From Halobacteriales archaeon SW_5_70_135 (GTDB lineage Archaea; Halobacteriota; Halobacteria; Halobacteriales; SW-7-71-33), in contig PXSK01000041.1 in assembly GCA_003022865.1 (NCBI GenBank), positions 48,475 through 112,474 of the forward strand: 64,000 nucleotides of DNA, read 5' to 3'. A model generated the notes under the pieces. The model searched no databases and had not been told where the DNA came from. It worked only from the letters and a program-made list of their open reading frames with translations. Of the stretch, positions 57,743 to 64,000 are shown piece after piece. Each line of letters begins with the position of its first letter. Position 1 is the stretch's first letter. A program made the translations under genes and the position numbers.

Positions 57743-58024
57743 ATGGCGGAGGACACCCTCAGGGCGACGGCCGGCGACCTCAACGCCGAGGAGATACTGA
57801 CGGCGCTGGACGAGGGGCGACGGGTGGTCCTGTCGGTCGAGCGGTTCGGCACGCGTCACGACGTGACCCTGCGTCACGACGGGCAGCGGTACTACTGTGA
57901 CACGCCGACGACGCTTCACAGACACGAGACGCGCGACGAGATGCGGCGCTGTATCACGGAACAGGGCTACATCGCCGAACTGGAGGAGGTCGGCGACGAC
58001 AGCGACGGCGGTGACGGCTCGTAG
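57743..58024 (+). CDS. Small conserved acidic protein (hypothetical)
   Basis: ATG at 57743 within the fused ORF: MAEDTLRATAGDLNAEEILTALDEGRRVVLSVERFGTRHDVTLRHDGQRYYCDTPTTLHRHETRDEMRRCITEQGYIAELEEV... 93 aa. Confidence 0.55.
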   Translation: MAEDTLRATAGDLNAEEILTALDEGRRVVLSVERFGTRHDVTLRHDGQRYYCDTPTTLHRHETRDEMRRCITEQGYIAELEEVGDDSDGGDGS

Positions 58025-58078
58025 CGCGGCGAAAGTGGACACGGTGAATTTTTGATCGTCCGGTACGTGGTCGGGAAC

Positions 58079-58513
58079 ATGGTAGACGGTGGGGCAGACA
58101 GAGAGCCGGCGGGCGGGATGCCGGGACCGGAGGGCGACGAGAAGCGGCCGCCGAGCGTGGACGAGTTGCTCGACCGTTCCGACCCGGCGTTCACCGGCGT
58201 CATGAGCTGCGTGTTCGGCATCCACGAACACGAGACGCGGACGTACCTGTCGCTGCTGGAACGACCCGGCAGTACCGTCGAGGAGCTGGCCGACGCCCTG
58301 GAACGGGACCGCAGCAACGTCAACCGGTCGCTGAGCACGCTGCTCGAGACGGGACTGGCGAGTCGCGAGCGGCGCCTGCTCGAACCCGGCGGCTACGTCT
58401 ACCAGTACACCGCCACGCCGCTGCCGGAGGCGAAGGAGATGCTACACGGCGCCCTCGACGCCTGGGTCGAGACTGTCCACGAGGAGATCGACGGCTTCGG
58501 CGTCGAGGAGTGA
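58079..58513 (+). CDS. Winged-helix (TrmB/ArsR-like) transcription regulator
   Basis: ATG at 58079. ...IHEHETRTYLSLLERPGSTVEELADALERDRSNVNRSLSTLLETGLASRERRLL... A TATA-like AATTTTTGA lies 24-36 nt upstream. Confidence 0.68.
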   Translation: MVDGGADREPAGGMPGPEGDEKRPPSVDELLDRSDPAFTGVMSCVFGIHEHETRTYLSLLERPGSTVEELADALERDRSNVNRSLSTLLETGLASRERRLLEPGGYVYQYTATPLPEAKEMLHGALDAWVETVHEEIDGFGVEE

Positions 58514-58554
58514 GGAGGACGACGCCGGGAGCGGTCGATCTCCTCGTGGACGCG

Positions 58555-58563
58555 CTTTTTATC
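58555..58563 (+). promoter_or_regulatory. Candidate TATA box for thrC
   Basis: CTTTTTATC centred about 26 nt upstream of the ATG at 58585. Confidence 0.3.
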
Positions 58564-58584
58564 TCGCGCTCACGAGAGGCCGGT

Positions 58585-59880
58585 ATGAGTCGTTCCCGGA
58601 GCACGCGCGAGCGGCGTGCCGACCTGTCGTTGTCGGCCGCCGTCGACCGGCCGGGGCCGCCGCCATCGGCGGCCGACGGCGTCTGGCTGACCTGTGTCGC
58701 CTGTGGGGAGACGTTTCCCCCCTTCGAGGCCGTGCGCTACCGCTGTGAGGCCTGCGACGGACTGTTGGAGGTGCGGTACGCCTCGCCCGCGGGTGTCGAC
58801 GACTTCGAGGGCGAGCCGGGCGTCTGGCGCTACCGGGCGGCACTGCCGGTCGACGCGGGCGTCTCACTGCCGGAGGGGGACACGCCGCTGCACCGCATGC
58901 CCCGACTCCGCGACGAGGTGGGCGTCGGGCGGCTGCGAGTGAAACACGAGGGGATGAACCCGACAGGGTCGTTCAAGGACCGCGGCATGACCGTCGGCGT
59001 TCGCGTCGCCCAGCGGGTGGGCGTCGACCGACTGGCGTGTGCGTCGACGGGCAACACCAGCGCCGCCCTCGCGGCCTACGGCGCCCGCGGCGGCATGGAG
59101 ACGCTCGTGCTCCTGCCGGCGGGAAAGGTGGCAGCGGGGAAGGTCGCCCAGGCGAGTCTTCACGGCGCCCGCATCCTGGAGGTCGACGGCAACTTCGACG
59201 ACTGTCTCGACGTCGTCCAGCGGCTGACCGACCGCGGCGCCGCCTACCTGCTGAACTCCCTGAACCCGTTCCGACTGGAGGGACAGAAGACGATCGGCTT
59301 CGAGATACTGGAGACGCTCCTGGACGACCACGGCGAGCCCCCGGACCGGATCGTTCTGCCGGCGGGCAACGCCGGCAACACCGCCGCGCTGTACAAGGCG
59401 TTCCGCGAGCTCGTCGCCGCCGGGTCGCTCGCGCGGGCGGACGTGCCGCGGCTGACGCCGGTACAGGCCGCGGGCGCCGCCCCGCTCGTGGAGGCGGTCG
59501 AGGCGGACCGCGACGCGGTGCGGCGCTGGCCCGAGGTGGAGACACGGGCGACGGCGATCCGCATCGGCAACCCCGTCAACGCGCCGAAGGCACTGCCGGG
59601 TGTGCGCGAGACGGGCGGCACCGCCGTCGCCGTCTCCGACGACGCCATCACGCGGGCACAGCGGGACCTCGCCGGCGAGGGCGTCGGCGTCGAGCCGGCG
59701 TCGGCCGCCTCGCTCGCCGGCCTGCGCGAGCTGCGCGAGCGGGGGGTCGTCGACGCCGGGGAGTCGGTCGTCCTCCTGACGACCGGCCACCTGCTGAAGG
59801 ACCCGGACGCGGCGGCCCGCGCGGGCACCGAGCCCGAGCCCGTCCCCGCCGACGTCGACGGCGTGCTCGACGTCCTGTGA
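58585..59880 (+). CDS. thrC: Threonine synthase
   Basis: ORF trimmed to the ATG at 58585. N-terminal zinc-ribbon-like CVACG...CEACDG, PLP lysine motif NPTGSFKDRGM, and ASTGNTSAALAAY. Confidence 0.92.
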   Translation: MSRSRSTRERRADLSLSAAVDRPGPPPSAADGVWLTCVACGETFPPFEAVRYRCEACDGLLEVRYASPAGVDDFEGEPGVWRYRAALPVDAGVSLPEGDTPLHRMPRLRDEVGVGRLRVKHEGMNPTGSFKDRGMTVGVRVAQRVGVDRLACASTGNTSAALAAYGARGGMETLVLLPAGKVAAGKVAQASLHGARILEVDGNFDDCLDVVQRLTDRGAAYLLNSLNPFRLEGQKTIGFEILETLLDDHGEPPDRIVLPAGNAGNTAALYKAFRELVAAGSLARADVPRLTPVQAAGAAPLVEAVEADRDAVRRWPEVETRATAIRIGNPVNAPKALPGVRETGGTAVAVSDDAITRAQRDLAGEGVGVEPASAASLAGLRELRERGVVDAGESVVLLTTGHLLKDPDAAARAGTEPEPVPADVDGVLDVL

Positions 59881-59907
59881 CCGGTCGAGACGGCGTCGGA
59901 CGGCCGT

Positions 59908-59929
59908 CTGCCGGGGTTTTACCCGGCAG
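59908..59929 (+). terminator. Perfect 8-bp hairpin with a T-rich loop after thrC (candidate terminator)
   Basis: ctgccggg-gtttta-cccggcag, 28 nt after the thrC stop. It is preceded by a second hairpin, agacggc...gccgtct. Confidence 0.25.
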
Positions 59930-59950
59930 CGGTCGGTAGCCGTTCGTCCG

Positions 59951-60409
59951 ATGGATGATACCGCGGACCACACCGGCAGTGCCGACGACGACCGGGCGGC
60001 GACGGCCGACGGAACGGCGTGGCAGCGCGTGCCCGCCGCGTCCGGCGAGACGGTGCCGGTGTACTGGGGCGACCTGAAGGCGATGCGACGACGGATCGAC
60101 GCGCTGGAGCGCGAGGTCGCCGCCCTGGAGGGCGAGCTCATCAGCTCGCGCGAACGGCGCCGCCGGGTCGTCGACCGCTACGAGGCGCTGCTGGACCGCC
60201 GGGAGGCGTGGGGTGAGACGGTGCCGCGGTCCGGCGGAGCGGCGACCGACGCGGAGCGAGCGGTCGCCGACGGCGGCGACCCGGCGGGGATCGCGACGGC
60301 GGGGCGACCGGGCAAGACGAGGGAGGAGCGGAGACGCGAACGCGAGCGGGCGGCCGGAGACGGGAGCGGCGTGCTGGGACGGCTGCTGGCGGCGGTCAGT
60401 CGAGGGTGA
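59951..60409 (+). CDS. Hypothetical coiled-coil protein
   Basis: 152 aa with an acidic N-terminus and a central heptad-like segment LKAMRRRIDALEREVAALEGELISSRERRRRVVDRYEALLDRRE. It overlaps the convergent serA 3' end by 14 nt. Confidence 0.45.
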   Translation: MDDTADHTGSADDDRAATADGTAWQRVPAASGETVPVYWGDLKAMRRRIDALEREVAALEGELISSRERRRRVVDRYEALLDRREAWGETVPRSGGAATDAERAVADGGDPAGIATAGRPGKTREERRRERERAAGDGSGVLGRLLAAVSRG

Positions 60410-61973
60410 TATAGCGCACCTCGGTGACGCGGTCGTCGTCGAGCAGTGCCTCGCGCACGGCGGCGGGGACGGCGTCGTCCAGCGCGTACAGCGTGAGCGC
60501 CTCGCCGCCGATGGTCTCGCGGCCGTTGAACATGCCGGCGATGTTGATGTCGTTCTCGCCGAGGACGGTGCCGACGAAGCCGATGACGCCGGGGACGTCG
60601 CGGTTGCGGGCGACGAGGGTGTGTCCCTCGGGGACGGCGTCGACCCGGTAGCCGTCGACGCGGACGATGCGGGGGTCGTCGTCCGCGAACAGCGTGCCAC
60701 AGACGGCCACCGAGCGGTCGCCGTCGCCGACCGTCACCGTCACCAGCGAACGGAAGTCCTCGGCCTGTCGGGACTTCGACTCGGTCACCTCGACGCCGCG
60801 GCTCTCGGCGACGCTGTGGGCGTTGACGGCGTTGACCTGCCACTCCGAGGGGGCGAAGACGCCCTGGAGGGCGGCGGCGGTCACCAGTTCGACCTTCTCG
60901 GCGGCGATCTCCCCGCGGTAGGCGACCTCGACGCGTTCGATCCGGTCGTCGAGCAGCTGGGTGGCGATCCGACCGGCGGTCTCGGCGACGTCGAGGTACG
61001 GCTCGATCCGCGGGAAGGCGCTCTCGTCCACGCTCGGGGCGTTCAGCGCGTTGACGACGGGCTCGCCGCGGAAGGCCGCGAGCACCGCCTCGGCCGCGGA
61101 GACGGCGACGTTCTCCTGTGCCGCGGCGGTCGAGGCGCCGAGGTGGGGGGTGACGACGACGTCCTCGACGGCGAGCAGGGGGTTGTCCTCCGGAACGGGC
61201 TCGTCGGCGAACACGTCGACGGCGGCGCCCTGGAGGGTCCCTCCCTCGACGGCGGCGGCGAGAGCGGCCTCGTCGACGACGCCGCCGCGGGCGCAGTTCA
61301 CCAGATAACCGCCCGCCAGCTCGGCGAGTTCGGCCTCGTCGATCAGACCGGCCGTCTCGTCGGTGAGCGGCGTGTGGACCGACAGCACGTCCGCCCGCTC
61401 CAGGCAGGCGTCGAGGTCGACCAGCGCGGCGCCGACTTGGTCGGCGCGCTCCTCGCTGATGTAGGGGTCGTAGGCGACGACGTCGCTGCCGAGCGCGTCG
61501 AGCCGGCGAGCGACCTGCTGACCCACCCGCCCCAGACCGACGAGACCGACGGTCGCCTCGCCCACCTCGCGGCCGAGGTAGTCGCCTTTCGCCCACTCGC
61601 CGCCCTTGAGACGGGCGTGTGCCTGCGGGATGGATCGAGTCGCGGCGAAGGTCATGGCGACGGTGTGCTCGGCGGCGGCGCGGACGTTGCCCTCCGGGGC
61701 GTTGGCGACGACGACGCCGTGCTCCGTGGCGGCCTCGACGTCGATGTTGTCGACGCCGATGCCCGCCCGCGCGACCACCAACAGCTCTTCGGCGGCCGAC
61801 AGCAGCCGCTCGTCGACCCGGGTGCCGGAGCGGACGACCAGCCCGTGGACGTCGGCGACCGCCCCGTGCAGTCGCTCGCCGGTGACGTCGTAGGCGGTCG
61901 TCACCTCGTGTCCGGCCGACCGCAGCCGGTCGAGCCCGCGGTCGGCGATCGGGTCCGTGACCAGCACTCGCAT
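60396..61973 (-). CDS. serA: D-3-phosphoglycerate dehydrogenase with a C-terminal ACT domain
   Basis: ORF trimmed to the ATG at 61973 (MRVLVTDPIADRGLDRL). NAD motif GLVGLGRVGQQVARR, plus NCARGG and TPHLGAST. 525 aa. Confidence 0.93.
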   Translation of the reverse strand: MRVLVTDPIADRGLDRLRSAGHEVTTAYDVTGERLHGAVADVHGLVVRSGTRVDERLLSAAEELLVVARAGIGVDNIDVEAATEHGVVVANAPEGNVRAAAEHTVAMTFAATRSIPQAHARLKGGEWAKGDYLGREVGEATVGLVGLGRVGQQVARRLDALGSDVVAYDPYISEERADQVGAALVDLDACLERADVLSVHTPLTDETAGLIDEAELAELAGGYLVNCARGGVVDEAALAAAVEGGTLQGAAVDVFADEPVPEDNPLLAVEDVVVTPHLGASTAAAQENVAVSAAEAVLAAFRGEPVVNALNAPSVDESAFPRIEPYLDVAETAGRIATQLLDDRIERVEVAYRGEIAAEKVELVTAAALQGVFAPSEWQVNAVNAHSVAESRGVEVTESKSRQAEDFRSLVTVTVGDGDRSVAVCGTLFADDDPRIVRVDGYRVDAVPEGHTLVARNRDVPGVIGFVGTVLGENDINIAGMFNGRETIGGEALTLYALDDAVPAAVREALLDDDRVTEVRYITLD

Positions 61974-62173
61974 GTTCGAGCCACGGGGACGGGCGGGGTT
62001 AACTGTACCTCCTCGGGACTGCGGCCCGAGACGGCACGCGAACACGGCGTCGGCGTCAGTGGGCCCGAAACGCCCGACAGTCTCCGCGTCGATAATTTCG
62101 AACGGTCGACAAAACGGGCGTTTCAGTCATCGCTACGTTATTGCGGAGCGGGGTGAGAGACGTAGACAGAGTC

Positions 62174-62518
62174 ATGGTGGGAGAACTGCGGGCGAGTCAC
62201 GTGATCCATCTCCACCGTCTACTGGCGGCCATCCGAGCGGAGTTCGAGGAGGACGGCCTCGACGACCGCCGCCTGGAGGCGTACGAGGAGCACGACGTCG
62301 CTCCGGCGGAGTTTAAGGCGACGAAGGTCGAACACGAGCAGGCGCTGATGGCGCTGTCGGCGACGCTCGCCGAGTGGGCGAGCGAGCGGACGGCCACCGG
62401 GGGTAAAACGGCGACGGCGACCGCGACCGGAGCGGACCCCGACGTCGAGGTCGGCGAGGAGGCCGACGTCGGGCTGCCGGCCGAGCCGTCGGAGGCGGAA
62501 GCCGGCGCGTCGCGGTGA
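62174..62518 (+). CDS. Hypothetical acidic protein
   Basis: ATG at 62174: MVGELRASHVIHLHRLLAAIRAEFEEDGLDDRRLEAYEEHDVAPAEFKATKVEHEQALMALSATLAEWA... Confidence 0.5.
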   Translation: MVGELRASHVIHLHRLLAAIRAEFEEDGLDDRRLEAYEEHDVAPAEFKATKVEHEQALMALSATLAEWASERTATGGKTATATATGADPDVEVGEEADVGLPAEPSEAEAGASR

Positions 62519-62519
62519 C

Positions 62520-63896
62520 TCACTCGACCCAGACCGTCTTCCTGTTGACGAACTCTCGGACCCCGGGACCGCCGAGTTCGCGGCCGTAGCCCGACCCCTT
62601 CACGCCGCCGAACGGCACCCGCGGGTCTGACTTCGTGAGCTGGTTGACGTAGGTACAGCCGGCCTCGACCGCGCCGGCGACGCGGCGTCCCCGCTCGCGG
62701 TCCTCGGTCCAGACCGACGCCCCGAGGCCGTAGTCGGTGGCGTTGGCCCGCTCGACGGCCTCGCGCTCGTTCTCGACTCGGAACAGTGCGGCGACGGGAC
62801 CGAACAGTTCCTCGTCGGTCGCCGGACAGTCCGCGGGCACGTCGACCAGCACCGTCGGCGGGTAGAAGGCGCCGTCGCGGTCGGGCGTCTCGCCGTCGAC
62901 GGGTGCGCGAGCGCCCGCATCGAGAGTGCGTTCGACCTGGTCGGCCAGTCGCTCCAGGTGTTCGTCGCCGGCGAGCGGTCCCACGTCCGTCTCCGGATCG
63001 AACGGGTCGCCGACGGTCAGGTCCTCGAAGCGTTCGACCAGCCCGTCGCGGAACTCGTCGTAGACGGCGTCGTGGACGAGAAAGCGCTTGGCGGCGATGC
63101 AGGACTGCCCGGAGTTGAGCGTGCGTGCGGTCGTGCCGGCCTCCAGGGCGGCGTCGAGGTCGGCGTCGTCGAGGACGACGAACGGGTCGCTGCCGCCGAG
63201 TTCGAGGACGGTCTTCTTCAGGTTCTCGCCGGCCTCGCTCGCCAGTGACCGCCCCGCCGGTCCGGAGCCGGTCAGGGTGGCCGCCCGGACGCGGTCGTCC
63301 GCCAGCAGGTCGGCGACGAGGTCGGGCGCGCGCTCGGCCTCGACGGTGAGGTCCTGAAAGACGCCCTCGGGATAGCCGGCGCGCTCGAACACCTCCACCG
63401 CGACGCGGGCACAGCCCGGCACCGAGGGGGCGTGTTTCAACAGTCCGACGTTGCCCGCGGTGAGGTACGGCGCGGCGAACCGGAACACCTGCCACAGCGG
63501 GAAGTTCCAGGGCATCACCGCCAGCACGGGACCGAGCGGCTCGTGCACCGTCCGCACGTCGGTGCCGGGCGGCGACGGGTGAGCGTCGTCGGCGAGGTAG
63601 GAGCCGGCGTGTTCGGCGTAGTGCTCGCAGACCCACGCGCACTTCTCGACCTCCGACCGGGCCTGGTCGAGCGGCTTGCCCATCTCCTCGGTCACGGTGC
63701 GGGCGAAGCGGTCCCGGTCGGCACGGAGCACGTCGGCGGCGGCCGCGAGCAGCCGCTCGCGCTCCCGCAGCGGTCGGTCACGCCAGTCCTCGAAGGCCTC
63801 GCGGGCGGACTCGACGGCCCGCTCGATCTCCCCTTCGCCGGGCGTCTCGTAGCTGTCGATGCGCTCGCCGGTCGCCGGATTCGTCGTCTCGATCAG
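62520..63896 (-). CDS. NAD(P)-dependent aldehyde dehydrogenase (succinate-semialdehyde dehydrogenase-like); start codon unresolved
   Basis: ELGGSDPFVV and catalytic NSGQSCIAAKRF. ALDH-like sequence (LIETTNPATGERIDSYETPGEGEIERAVESAREAFEDWRDRP) continues 55 codons upstream of the listed GTG at 63731. No ATG/GTG/TTG lies in frame there. Confidence 0.82.
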   Translation of the reverse strand: MIETTNPATGERIDSYETPGEGEIERAVESAREAFEDWRDRPLRERERLLAAAADVLRADRDRFARTVTEEMGKPLDQARSEVEKCAWVCEHYAEHAGSYLADDAHPSPPGTDVRTVHEPLGPVLAVMPWNFPLWQVFRFAAPYLTAGNVGLLKHAPSVPGCARVAVEVFERAGYPEGVFQDLTVEAERAPDLVADLLADDRVRAATLTGSGPAGRSLASEAGENLKKTVLELGGSDPFVVLDDADLDAALEAGTTARTLNSGQSCIAAKRFLVHDAVYDEFRDGLVERFEDLTVGDPFDPETDVGPLAGDEHLERLADQVERTLDAGARAPVDGETPDRDGAFYPPTVLVDVPADCPATDEELFGPVAALFRVENEREAVERANATDYGLGASVWTEDRERGRRVAGAVEAGCTYVNQLTKSDPRVPFGGVKGSGYGRELGGPGVREFVNRKTVWVE

Positions 63897-63918
63897 AAAA
63901 CCCCTGCCCGTCTGCGTC

Positions 63919-63962
63919 GCCGGCGGCGAAGCCGCCGGCTGCCCGAGGCGCGTAGCGCCTCG
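63919..63962. repeat. Two adjacent perfect triloop hairpins of the same style as the 23.6/39.9 kb elements
   Basis: gccggcggc-gaa-gccgccggc (63919-39) and cgaggcgc-gta-gcgcctcg (63944-62). Confidence 0.5.
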
Positions 63963-64000
63963 CTGGTCGCGGGCTCCGCTGTGCGCCTCGGCTCGCTCAC

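Overview
High-GC (roughly two-thirds G+C by eye) chromosomal segment from a haloarchaeon (class Halobacteria). This is inferred from the very acidic proteins, the atpHIKECFAB gene order, a UbaA/SAMP-type E1 and many small CPxCG zinc-finger genes. About 55 genes are supported and coding density is high on both strands. Most long R/P/G-rich ORFs in the six-frame track are antisense or off-frame shadows. Recognisable content: the A-type ATP synthase operon (1-8367); many DNA-repair genes (uvrA, a UvrD-like SF1 helicase, a MutS5-like ATPase, an XPB/Rad25 helicase, mutL-mutS, an XPD/Rad3 helicase); and housekeeping genes (ABCE1, ribE, ubaA plus a rhodanese, thrC, serA, M32 and M24 peptidases, a CDF transporter, an aldehyde dehydrogenase). 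No rRNA, tRNA, CRISPR array or transposase was seen. Points worth a second look: (1) a 492-codon LAGLIDADG intein inside motif III of the XPB helicase; (2) two paralogous copies of a two-gene module, a membrane-anchored wHTH regulator next to a secreted helical protein; (3) a family of triloop hairpin-chain repeats, including a roughly 105-nt inverted pair 16 kb apart and a 3-unit tandem double-hairpin array with compensatory stem changes; (4) a 600-bp AT-rich island carrying a Tat-lipoprotein gene next to a truncated FAD-oxidase remnant; (5) several genes that look disrupted (Asp-box propeller, cyclase, MutS5-like, repeat glycoprotein, an ALDH without a start codon). All functional calls rest on motif recognition by eye. 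No database search was run.
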